NCBI RefSeq assembly: GCF_963921235.1
Contig: NC_086097.1
Span: 220,164,001-220,228,000, forward strand
Reading direction: 5' to 3'
DNA from: Mobula hypostoma
Lineage: Eukaryota
DNA length: 64,000 nt
The notes under the pieces: generated by a model
What the model saw: the letters and a program-made list of their open reading frames with translations, nothing else
Told to the model about the DNA's origin: nothing
The model's database searches: none
Shown: positions 36,375 through 48,251 of the stretch, piece after piece
How positions within the stretch are numbered: position 1 is the first letter of the stretch
Layout: every line of letters starts with the position of its first letter
Position numbers and translations under genes: made by a program

Positions 36375-37687
36375 ACTGTCAAACACAAATACAAAATTTG
36401 TAAAAATTATTTTTAGTTATACATTCTTAGTTCTTTTTTACTTTTATAATCTGATAGGTTTTAAATCTAATTTATAGGCTAGTTCATATTTGGTGTCTCT
36501 GTGCAATCAGAATAATTCATTCTGATTGCTTGTTCTATTCACAAATTCCCTGTAGAGGGCATAGGGCCAAATCAAACACCCAATGACAGCAAACCTCAAA
36601 AGGATAACAAAAACTCTGTGGGCAGCTGTCAACAGAACGAATGCCTAGGGCCAAAACTTCTCCTTTGATTGTCTTTTCTAGGTCAGAGTAGTCATTAGGT
36701 CTTTGAAAACTGAAAGACGTAGAAACTAGTGAAGATTATAAGGTGAGGGAAGGCAAAAGAAGCGCATAGTTTTGCATTCCAGGAAAATGAGGAAACTTGT
36801 CAAATGCTGTTGCAATCCAGTGGGATGTGAACAGGACTGTGAACCCATAGGACATCGTACACACAACTTAGAAAAAGAGGAGCGAGGGCAACCATATCAA
36901 TACAATACAGGAGACCGATTGTTCATCAGATGATCTAGTTTGTAAAGTTATGACCCAATGTCACATTGAACTAACCAGCAAAATAAACTGGCCTATTCTT
37001 TGGTGAGAGCTGATCTCAGCAGGAGTAGCTTAGACCCTGCAATTGATTTCAGCTCCACTGCATTAGGGGAAAGAAAAATGAACCAAGTTCCAGTTTGTAA
37101 TCCCCACTGGAAAATGTGTACATATTGACTTTGAAAGTGTACAATATCAGCTCTCATGCTCTCAAGAACAACTAGCCACCAGATTTATGCATAAACATTG
37201 ATTTTTCTTGCAAAATGCACATGGACAAGGCACCAGTAAGCATTAGCATTTTATAAAGAAAGGCAGTTATAAAGTAGACAAATGATAGATGAGTAGTCAG
37301 TGCCTTCCTTAGCTACTATCTGAACAAAAAATGCACTTTCTACTGTATTCTGTACCAGATACAATCAGCACATTTGAGTAGTTCAGTGTCTGAATAATTT
37401 TAAGAGATTGTGAGATTGGAAGCCATTGGAGTCAACAAGCTAATTATTTCTCTTAGGTAAGGATATATTAAGTCTTAGAATCAAGCAAAATAAAATTGTT
37501 ATCAAATTGGTTCAATAAGTTAATTTAACCAGATATTAACAACAGAGGCACTGATATAACAGTGACAGATGGACAAATTTACCAACTAAGGGACGACCCC
37601 ATTTTAATTTCCCAGTTTTAAAAGTAACTCTGCTACATATATGTTTGATATAGCTCTCTTGGAGTTGATAAAAGATCTACAGTTAAA

Positions 37688-38185
37688 TACACTGGATGTA
37701 CCTAATAGCGTATGTTTGTGGTCTTCTGCTGTTGTAGTCCATCCACTTCAAGGTTTAACACATTGTTAAATTAAATTCAGAGATGCTGTTCGACGTACCA
37801 CTGTTATAACGCTTAGTTATTTGAGTTACTGTTGCCTTCCTGTCAGCTTAAATGGTCTGGCCATTCTCCTCTGACCCCTCTTATTAACAAAGTGTTTTCA
37901 CCCACAGAACTGGTGCTCTCTGGATGTTTTTTGTTCTTTGCGTTATTCTCTATAAGTTCTAAAAATGGTTGCGCATGAAAATCCCAAGAGATCAGTTTCT
38001 GAGATACTCAACTGACCCTGTCATCACTCAGATCACATTTCTTCCCCATTCTGATGTCTGGTCTGAAAACAACTCAACCTCTTAACCATGTATGCATAGT
38101 TTTCTGCATTAAGTTGCTGCCACGCAATTGGCTGGTTAGATATATTAATGAGAAGGTGTACCTAATAAACTGGCCACAGAGTATA
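37688..38185. mobile_element. Degraded Tc1-like non-autonomous DNA transposon
   Basis: Right end gtacctaataaactggccacagagta-TA resembles a Tc1 TIR. The left end is eroded. Confidence 0.5.
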
Positions 38186-38207
38186 TGGCGTAGATTCCTT
38201 TAATCTG

Positions 38208-38745
38208 AACATAGAACATAGAAATCTACAGCACATTACAGGCCCTTCGGCCCACAATGTTGTGTTGACCATGTAACCTACTCTAGAGACTGCCTAGAAT
38301 TTCCCTACCGCATATCCCTCTATTTTTCTAAGAGTTTCTTAAAAGGCCCTATTGTATCCACCTCTACCACTGTTGCTGGCAGTGCATTCCACACACCCAC
38401 CACTCTGTGTGAAAATTTGCCTCTGACATCCCCTTGTACCCTAAAACCCCTCATGTTAGCCATTTCAGCCCTGGGAAAAAGCTTCTGCCTATCCACAAAA
38501 TCAATGCCTCTCATCATCTTATACACCTCTATCAGGTCACCTTTCATCCTCCATCATTCCAAGGAGAAAAGGCCAAGTTCACTCAACCTCTTCTCGTAAG
38601 GCATGTGCTCCAATCCAGGCAACATACTTTTAAATCTCCTCTGCACTCTCTCAATAGTATCCACATCCTTCCTGTAGTGAGGTGACCAGAATTGAACGCA
38701 GTACTCCAAGTGGGGTCTAACTAAGGGCTTGTAGAGCTTTAACAT
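38208..38745 (-). mobile_element. CR1 3' end
   Basis: [32 protein letters not shown] and a (TTCTATG)n tail. Confidence 0.9.
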
Positions 38746-39659
38746 TCCACAGTTAAAATATTTATGCAATTTTTCTCTTTCAGATTCAGCATGTTACCCA
38801 CTACTTTTTAAAAAATTTTTATCGGCCCAATATTTCCAGTATTTCTAGTTTTTCCTTTGGTATCCATATAATGCATCTGCTATGACCTAATACACAGGAG
38901 TCACATGCAAATATACACAGTGCTGAGATACTGATTATCCAACGTGCTGGATGACACTGTGATAATAAACAGGATTCTGATTCTGAGTATGGATGAAAAG
39001 TCCATTTTGAAAGATTTATTTCAGGCAAGCATAAGCAATTAACTTTAAATGAGTTATCCAGAATCCTCTAAGGTGTGCTGTTCTTGCCATTAGGTACAGT
39101 ACAAAAACAGAGTGACTTCCCGCTCCAAGTCTAATTGATTTTATTTTCACTCTGACATGACTGCTCATAATTATAGCTGATTGTACAGGGGGATTGTTAC
39201 ATTGGCAGAGGTCTTTTATATATTAAACTTAATCTGTTTGGGAAAATAATAATAAAAATCTTGTGGTACCACCAGTGGAGGTTGATACTTGCTACATTGT
39301 TTCTTTAGTAAAATTTGTAACTGAGACCCCATGGTTTGTAAAATACTTAAGAACAATCTAATCTTAGAACTTCTTTCTGATCATCTTGTAGTGCCCATGC
39401 TCAAGTTCTGCAGTGAGTGGGACCATATACTGTACATTTGTGACTAGGAAGCAAGAATGTTGCCAAATTGATGGCAAAGTGTCTCAGAGTTTCCTAAACC
39501 TTTTAGAAGTCTCTTTTTCCTTCCTCCCTTGAAGTCTCAAATAATTCTACGTGTGCAGTCAACCTTCAGATAACTAATTGCGCTGCCTTTTAATATCCAC
39601 ATATTGACTAGGGTGCTCAAGAGTGGAAATGTTTTGCTCTTGCCAAACTAGTTACATGG

Positions 39660-41345
39660 AACAAAGAACATGACTCCACAGTGCAGGCACTTCGACCTGC
39701 ATTGTACAGACTTTTAACCTACTCTAAGATAAATCTAACTCTTCCCTCCCTCCCACATAGCCCTCCAGATTTTTCATCCTCCATGTGCCTATTTAAGAGC
39801 CTTCCTAATGTATCTGCTTTACCCCCACCCCTGGTAGAGCATTCCACACACCCACCACTCTCTGCATAAAAGGAAACAACCTCTGACATCCCCTCCACCT
39901 GTGTTTTCTTTCAATCACCTTAAAATTTGGCTCCCTCATATTAGTGTCATGGGGGGGGGGCAATAGGAGTGGACCCAAGTGCAAGACCGAGACACTGAAG
40001 TACTAGGAACAGGACTAGGATTGTCAAGAAAGCAAGGGAAGTGGGGAAGAAAGGATGCTGGACATTGACACAGGCCCTGGATGAGACTAGGATGCAGGGC
40101 CTGGGCTAGGACATGGACAAGAAGCATGGAACCTGGGTCTAGGCTAGGACTCGGGACTAGGATCTTGGCAAGGACAGGATGTGGCTACAGAGCAGGACGA
40201 GGCACATGGACAGGACGAGAACACAAACCCTTGACTTGGACAGGACGAGGTTCTTGGATGAGGCATGGACAGGACGAGGCTTGGACAGGACAAGATACTC
40301 CTGGGCTGGGCGAGGCACATGGACAGGATGAGAACACAGACAGGAACACAGAGCCCTGGTCAAAGGAGAACAGGAACGCAGAGCCTTGGTCGAGAGAGAA
40401 CAGGAACATGGAACACAGAGCCGGGACCCCTCCTTGGGAACAGGACTTGGGGCCAGGGCTCAACACAGAGTCAGACTCCTCCTAGTGAGCAGAGCGCAGG
40501 GCCTGGACTCAAACACAGAATTCTGAACACAACGAGACAGATCTCAACACAAGGTAGTGGCAAATGGCCGGACCTACCTAGCAAAGGCAAGGACACAAAG
40601 AGACAGTTCCAAACAACGAAAGACAGTTCCTTATCTAGACACAGCAAGGCTCCGGCCTTGCTCTGGCAGAAGAACTTGACAGCGATACAGGTGAGGACAC
40701 AGGCGAGATTTCAGGCAGAGGTTGCAGGCAAAGGCTACAGAAGGAAGGGGAAGGATAGGGAACAGTCCAGCAACTGAAGCTGAACCCAGAAGCTGTTTAT
40801 GTAGCCAGCCCAAGATGAAAATCATGTGCCTCAATTGAGGCACACACAGGACAAGGGAAAACCTGGAATAAGGATCGATGGACCGGACAGTGAACCAGAA
40901 TGCGGACTTCACAGACCGGACCATGATAATTAGACAGTTCCACCCTGGGAAAAATTTCTAGCTGTCCAATCAACTGTGCTTCTTATTATCTTCTACACCT
41001 CTATCAAATCACCTCTCATCCTCCTTCACTCCAAAGGGAATAGCTTCCATGTCTTCCCTGTAATGAGATGACAAGAACTGAATACAATATTCCAACTGCG
41101 ATCTAATAAAGATTTTATAGTGCTACATTACCCTTTTGTGGCCACTTTGAGGGATCGATGGATGTCCACCCCAAGATCCCGCTGTTCCCCCACACTGCCA
41201 AGAATCCTGCCATTAGCCCTGTATTCTGCCTTCAGATTCGGCTTTTCCTTCACACTTTTCCAGGTTGAAATCCCTCTACCACTTCTCAGCCCAGCTATAC
41301 ATCCTATCAAACAGCTTTTGTAACCTACTATATGACAACCTTCTA
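39660..41345 (-). mobile_element. Degraded CR1 3' portion interrupted by a solo LTR
   Basis: EQRDLGVDIHRSLKVA. CR1 sequence is continuous across 39944/40929. Confidence 0.8.
39945..40928 (-). mobile_element. Solo LTR, 984 bp, probably Gypsy
   Basis: TGTCATG...CATGATA termini and 5-bp TSD ATTAG (39940-39944, 40929-40933), with internal short tandem repeats. The orientation is inferred. Confidence 0.85.
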
Positions 41346-41429
41346 AAAGGTTCAAAAGTCCATTTATTATCAATGTATACAACTTGAAATTCTTCATATC
41401 CGGGTAGCCATGAAACCAAGAAAGAAAAG

Positions 41430-41810
41430 AAAGGCAGCACTATCATCAACCCTCAAAATTCCCCTTCCAGCACAAAAAATAAACAAAAATGAAACTAGTA
41501 CATCAACACCCAAGTCCCTCCTCCTGCACAAAAATACAAACAAAATAGAACAGGCATATCCAGCCCCAAATACCCCTCCCCACACAAAACTAATGAACAA
41601 AATGGAACATGCACATTGACCCCCAAATCACCCTCCCTGAACAAAACAGAATAGGCACGTTGACCCCCAAATCCCCCTCCCTGCACAAAAAAACTGAACA
41701 AAACAGAACAGGCATATTAACCCCCAAATCTCCCTCTCCACACAAAAAAACTGAACAAAACACAACAGGTACATTGACCCCCCAAATCCCTCTCTGTGCA
41801 CAAAAAAAAA
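41430..41810. repeat. Minisatellite of roughly 55-60-bp units
   Basis: About seven diverged copies of ccccaaatccccctccctgcacaaaaaaactgaacaaaacagaacaggcacattga. Confidence 0.8.
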
Positions 41811-42445
41811 GAAAGATCAGGCAAAAAAAACACAATATAAAAAACTATAAGACTGAAACAAGAAGTCTATAGTCCAAATCCACATCCAAAATGCAGAAAA
41901 CCTGGGAATGCTGTCCAGGCCCAGCAGCAGACCTTTCCCTCCCCATCGTAGAGCGATCAAAAGACGGGCAGCCAGTGCCCACCTTCAGCACTCGCCTCGA
42001 TGCTTCAATCTTTCTCGTCGCTTTAATCGGCAAACAATGGAAGCTTTAATGGCTTAAGCCCTGTCCCGCTGGCTTCTTGCCATGAAGTTCATGCACACTG
42101 TCTCTGTCTCCTGGAATCCTCTTGGAGACTACAGAATGCTGGAACACCCAAACGACCTCCAAGCTTTTGCACTCGCCTCGATGCTTCAATCTCCCACGTC
42201 ACTTTAATCGACAAACAATGGAAGATTTAATGGTCAAGATGAAGTCAAACATTGGCTTGCAGCCTGCCCCCCTGCTGCCTCTGCCTCCCGGAATCCTTTA
42301 GAGTGCAGAGTGCTGGAACACCCAAATAATCTCTAAACGGCAAATCACAGGCTCCAGCAGTTCCAGAATCACATTCAAGACAAAAAACAAACGTAAAAGA
42401 CATTAAAGAAGTGAAATACAGGATTTCATGATCTATCCAGGAGAT

Positions 42446-43062
42446 GTCATAGTCATAGTCATAGTCATACTTTATTGATCCCGAGGGAAATTGGTTTTCG
42501 TTACAGTTGCACCAACCATGAATAGAGTATAAATATAGCAATATAAAACCATAAATAATTAAATAGTAATATGTAAATGCCAGGAAATAAGTCCAGGACC
42601 AGCCTATTGGCTCAGGGTGTCTGACCCTCCAAGGGAGGAGTTGTAAAGTTTGATGGCCACAGGCAGGAATGACTTCCTATGACGCTCTGTGTTGCATTTC
42701 GGTGGAATGAGTCACTGGCTGAATGTACTCCTGTGCCCAACCATTACATTATGTAGTGGATGGGAGACATTGTCCAAGATGGTATGCAACTTGGACAGCA
42801 TTTTCTTTTCAGACACCACCATCAGAGAGTCCAGTTCCATCCCCACAACATCACTGGCCTTACGAATAAGTTTGTTGATTCTGTTGGTGTCTGCTACCCT
42901 CAGCCTGCTGCCCCAGCTCACAACAGCAAACACGATAGCACTGGCCACCACAGACTCGTAGAACATCCTCAGCATCGTCCGGCAGATGTTAAAGGACCTC
43001 AGTCTCTTCAGGAAATAGAGACGGCTCTGACCCTTCTTGTAGACAGCCTCAGAGTTCTTTGA
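42446..43062 (-). mobile_element. Rex1/Babar LINE 3' end
   Basis: MLRMFYESVVASAIVFAVVSWG..HPLH and tail AATAAAG(TATGAC)n. Confidence 0.85.
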
Positions 43063-43074
43063 CTGAAGGAGTGT

Positions 43075-43655
43075 TGTACGCAGGTGCCATCTTGACCAGA
43101 AGTCTCCAGCAATGGTTCTACACTATTCACAATACCACCAAATTTCATGCCATCTGCAAACTTACTAAACAACCTTTCCACTTCCTCATCCAAGTCATTT
43201 ATAAAAATCACAAAGAGCAGGAATCCCAGAACAGATCCCTGCAGAATACCATTGGTCATTGACCCCCAGGCAGAATGCACTCCATCTAAAACCACCCTCC
43301 ACCTTCTCTTTGCAAGCCAATTCTGAATCCACAAAACCAAGTTTCCCTGGATCCCATGCTTCATGACTTTCTGAATGAGCCTACCATGGGGAACCTTATC
43401 AAACACCTTATTAAAATCCATATAACTGCATCCACTTCTCTGTTTTCATCAATGTGTTTCGTTGCATACTCAAAGAATTCAATCAGGCTAATGTGACATG
43501 ACTGCCCCTCACAAAGCCATGCTGACTATCCCTAATCAGATTATGCTTCTGCTAATGCTTGTAAATCCTGTCTCTAAGAATGTTCTCCAATAATTTGCCT
43601 GCTACTGAAGTAAGACACTTGGGTCTATAATTCCCACAGCTTTCCCTACTCCCTT
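43075..43655 (-). mobile_element. CR1 RT fragment
   Basis: MDFNKVFDKVPHGRL..QGSVLG..INDLD..KFADG. Confidence 0.85.
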
Positions 43656-43659
43656 TCAA

Positions 43660-46600
43660 AGTTTAAAGCAATTTTTTTCATCGGAGTACATGCAGGTCAC
43701 CACATACAACCCCTGAGATTCTTTTTCTGCGGCATCCTTAGCAAATCTGTAGAACAGTAAGCGGGATCAATGGACAGCAAACGGTACAAATGCAGATATA
43801 AATAAAGAGCGAGCTTTAACTAACAAGATAAGGAGTTCTTAAAGTGAGACCATCAGCTGTGGGAACACCATAAGTAGTGTGAGTGTAGTTATCCCCTTTT
43901 AGAAACATAGAAAATAGGTGCAGGAGTAGGCCATTCGGCCCTTTGAGCCTGCACCGCCATTTATTATGATCATGGCTGATCATCCAACTCAGAACCCTGC
44001 ACCAGCCTTCCCTCCATACCCCCTGATCCCCGTAGCCACAAGGGCCATATCTAACTCCCTCTTAAATATAGCCAATGAACTGGCCTCAATTGTTTCCTGT
44101 GGCAGAGAATTCCACAGATTCACCACTCTCTGTGTGAAGAAGTTTTTCCTAATCTCGGTCCTAAAAGGCTTCCCCTTTATCCTCAAACTGTGACCCCTCG
44201 TTCTGGACTTCCCCAACATCGGGAACAATCTTCCTGCATCTAGCCTGTCCAATCCCTTTAGGATTTTATACGTTTCAATCAGATCCCCCCTCAATCTTCT
44301 AAATTCCAACGAGTACAAGCCCAGTTCATCCAGTCTTTCTTCATATGAAAGTCCTACCATCCCAGGATTCAATCTGGTGAACCTTCTTTGTACTCCCTCT
44401 ATGGCAAGGATATCTTTCCTCAGATTAGGGGACCAAAACTGCACACAATACTCCAGGTGTGGTCTCACCAAGGCCTTGTACAACTGCAGTAGTACCTCCC
44501 TGCTCCTGTACTCGAAGCCTCACGCTATAAATGCCAGCATACCATTTGACTTTTTCACCGCCTGCTGTACCTGCGTGCCCACTTTCAATGACTGGTGTAT
44601 AATGACACCCAGGTCTCGTTGCACCTGTCCTTTTCCTAATCGGCCACCATTCAGATAATAATCTGTTTTCCTATTTTTGCCACCAAAGTGGATAACTTCA
44701 CATTTATCCACATTAAATTGCATCTGCCATGAACTTGCCCACTCACCCAACCTATCCAAGTCACCCTGCATCCTCTTAGCATCCTCCTCACTGCTAACAC
44801 TGCCACCCAGCTTCGTCTCATCTGCAAACTTGGAGATGCTGCATTTAATTCCCTCATCCAAGTCATTAATATATATTGTAAACAACTTGGGTCCCAGCAC
44901 TGAGCCTTGCGGTACCCCACTAGTCACTGCCTGCCATTCTGAAAAGGTCCCGTTTATTCCCACTCTTTGCTTCCTGTCTGCTAACCAATTCTCTATCCAC
45001 ATCAATACCTTACCCCCAATACCGTGTGCTTTAAGTTTGCACACTAATCTCCTGTGTGGAACCTTGTCAAAAGCCTTTTGAAAATCCAAATATACCACAT
45101 CCACTCTACTAGTTACATACTCAAAAAATTCTATGAGATTCGTCAGACATGATTTTCCTTTCACAAATCCATGCTGACTTTGTCCGATGATTTCACCGCT
45201 TTCCAAATGTGCTGTTATCACATCTTTGATAACTGACTCCAGCAGTTTCCCCACCACCGACGTTAGGCTAACCAGTCTATAATTCCCCGGTTTCTCTCTC
45301 CCTCCTTTTTTAAAAAGTGGGGTTACATTAACCACCCTCCAATCCTCAGGAACTAGTCCAGAATCTAACGAGTTTTGAAAAATTATCACTAATGCATCCA
45401 CTATTTCTTGGGCTATTTCCTTAAGCACTCTGGGATGCAGACCATCTGGCCCTGGGGATTTATCTGCCTTTAATCCCTTCAATTTACCCAACACCACTTC
45501 CCTACTAACATGTATTTCGCTCAGTTCCTCCATCTCACTGGACCCTCTGTCCCCTACTATTTCTGGAAGATTATTTATGTCCTCCTTAGTGAAGACAGAA
45601 CCAAAGTAATTATTCAATTGGTCTGCCATGTCCTTGCTCCCCATAATCAATTCACCTATTTCTGTCTGTAGGGGACCTACATTTGTCTTTACCAGTCTTT
45701 TCCTTTTTACATATCTATAAAAGCTTTTACAGTCAGTTTTTATGTTCCCTGCCAGTTTTCTCTCATAATCTTTTTTCCCCTTCCTAATTAAGCCCTTTGC
45801 CCTCCTCTGCTGATCTCTGAATTTCTCCCAGTCCTCAGGTGAGCCACTTTTTCTGGCTAATTTGTATGCTTCTTCTTTGAAATTGATACTATCCCTAATT
45901 TCTCTTGTCAGCCACGGGTGCACTACCTTCCTTGATTTATTCTTTTGCCAAACTGGGATGAACAATTGTTGTAGTTCATCCATGTAATCCTTAAATGCTT
46001 GCCATTGCATATCCACCGTCAATCCTTTAAGTGTCATTTGCCAGTCTAACTTAGCTAATTCATGTCTCATACCTTCAAAGTTACCCCTCTTTAAGTTCAG
46101 AACCTTTGTTTCTGAATTAACTATGTCACTCTCCATCTTAATGAGGAATTCCACCATATTATGGTCACTCTTACCCAAGGGGCCTCTCGCGACAAGATTG
46201 CTAATTAACCCTTCCTCATTGCTCAAAACCCAGTCTTGAATAGCCTGCTCTCTAGTTGGTTCCTCGACATGTTGGTTCAAAAAACCATCCCGCATACATT
46301 CCAAGAAATCCTCTTCCTCAGCACCTTTACCAATTTGGTTCACCCAATCTACATGTAGATTGAAGTCACCCATTATAACTGCTGTTCCTTTATTGCACAC
46401 ATTTCTAATTTCCTGTTTCATACCATCTCCGACCTCACTACTACTGTTAGGTGGCCTGTACACAACTCCCACCAGCGTTTTCTGCCCCTTAGTGTTACGC
46501 AGCTCTACCCTTATCGATTCCACATCTTCCCGGCTTATGTCCTTCCTTTCTATTGCGTTAATCTCATCTTTAACCAGCAACGCCACCCCACCTCCTTTTC

Positions 46601-47410
46601 TTTCATGTCTATCCCTCCTGAATATTGAATATCCCTGAACGTTGAGCTCCCATCCTTGGTCACCCTGGAGCCATGTCTCTGTGATCCCAACTATATCATA
46701 ATCATTAATAACAATCGGCACTTTCAATTCATCCACCTTGTTACAAATGCTCCTTGCATTGACACACAAAGCCTTCAGGCGCTCTTTTACAACTCTCTTA
46801 GCCCTTATACAAGTATATTGAAAAGTGGCCCTTTTTGATGCTTGCCCTGGATTTGTCGGCCTGCCACTTTTACTTTTCTCCTTACTACTTTTTGCTTCTA
46901 CCCTCACTTTACACCCCTCTGTCTCTCTGCACTGGTTCCCATCCCCCTGTTGTGAACTAACCTCCTCTCGCCTAGCCTCTTTAATTTGATTCCCACCCCC
47001 CAAACATTTTGTTCAAGAGCCTGATGGTGGAGGGGTAACAACTGTTCTTGATCCTGGTGGTGTGAGTCCTGAGGCCCCTGTACCTTCTACCTGATGGCAG
47101 CAGCGAGGAAAGAGCATGGCCTGGGTGGTGAGGATCTTTGTTGATGGATGCTGCTTTTCCATGGCAACATTTCACGTAGATGTGCTCATGATTGGGAGGG
47201 TTTTACACGTGATATACTGGCCTGAATCCAGTACCTTTTGTAGAAATTTCAGCTCAAGGGCATTGGTGTTCCCATACCAGGCTGGACTGCAGCCAGTCAC
47301 CACACATCTGTAGAAGTTTGCCAAGGTTTTTGATGACATACCAAATCACCACAGACTCCTGAGGAAGTAGAGACGCTGTTGTGCTTTCTGTGCAATTATA
47401 TTTATATTAT
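43660..47410 (-). mobile_element. Older Rex1-like 3' fragment split by the young CR1 (pieces 43660-43900 and 47007-47410)
   Basis: KDPHHPGHALSSLLPSGRRYR. The host sequence gttatcccctttt|gttcaagagcctgatgg rejoins across the insert. Confidence 0.7.
43901..47006 (-). mobile_element. Young CR1 LINE with near-intact ORF2 (APE endonuclease and RT)
   Basis: 827-aa ORF with NARS, GITETW, GDFN, SDH, QHGF, GVPQGS and KFADE. It continues in frame past a single TGA (44520-44522) to 43989. CR1 3' UTR with TTCTATG tail; TTTT flanks. Confidence 0.97.
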
Positions 47411-48251
47411 GGGTTTCTTGGTTGTGGTGAGGCAAGTCAGAGCATCCACCACAATTATCTCACAGCACCTCTACCACAGCTAAATGGTCCTAAGACTATA
47501 CAGGTCTATATGATTTAGTTATTCATTAGCAGACACTACAATAGAATATATTTTTGCATCATTTCAGAGAAGTCATAAACAAAATTTAAGGCAATTTGAC
47601 GGGTACTATCCAAGGTAAACGTAGTACAATGTCCAAAGTCACTGACCAATTAATAGAATTGGGAATCCTGGCTAGTTTTCTTTTCCAGATAGTGTTTATG
47701 TTCTGTCATCAATTGATCAAGGTAAACTAGGAAGCAAAGACAGATAAAGATTTAGACCAGTGGCTTTCTGATGAAATCACCAAAGAAGGCAGTAGTTAAT
47801 AATATAGCTTGATTTCAGCTTGAATTTGACTAATCGGCTAAGTTTATCCCTACAGTTACAGTGTGAAATTGCACATTATCACATTGGCAGCAGTAATTAC
47901 ATGGATTTTCAATGTAATTACCTCTGCCAACTATCAGGAGGAAAATCTAGCCAATCCTCTTAGAATAATTATTGCCTTTGCATTCAGATAATTATTAGCT
48001 TTGGATCCTTTCAGTGTTATAAATTTATCTATCTGCATAATGACTGGTGAAGTGAATTTTACTTGTGCAAGTGTTTATTCCTGTTATCTATTAGAATGAG
48101 GCAGTAGCAAGATAACAATTTTTGAAAGAAATGCATCTACTTCACAACCTGGAGGAAATAAAAATCAATATTCAAGTGCAAAGTCAATGTTTCCTTGTTG
48201 TTCCTGAAGTCCATTTTAGACATGTCTGCAGTACATTTCTATGTTCTACAT

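Noticed and set aside
40081..41872. Repetitive ORFs and a CRISPR-like repeat pattern
   Set aside because: These are translations of LTR-internal repeats and a minisatellite. Units are contiguous without unique spacers, there are no cas genes, and the context is eukaryotic.
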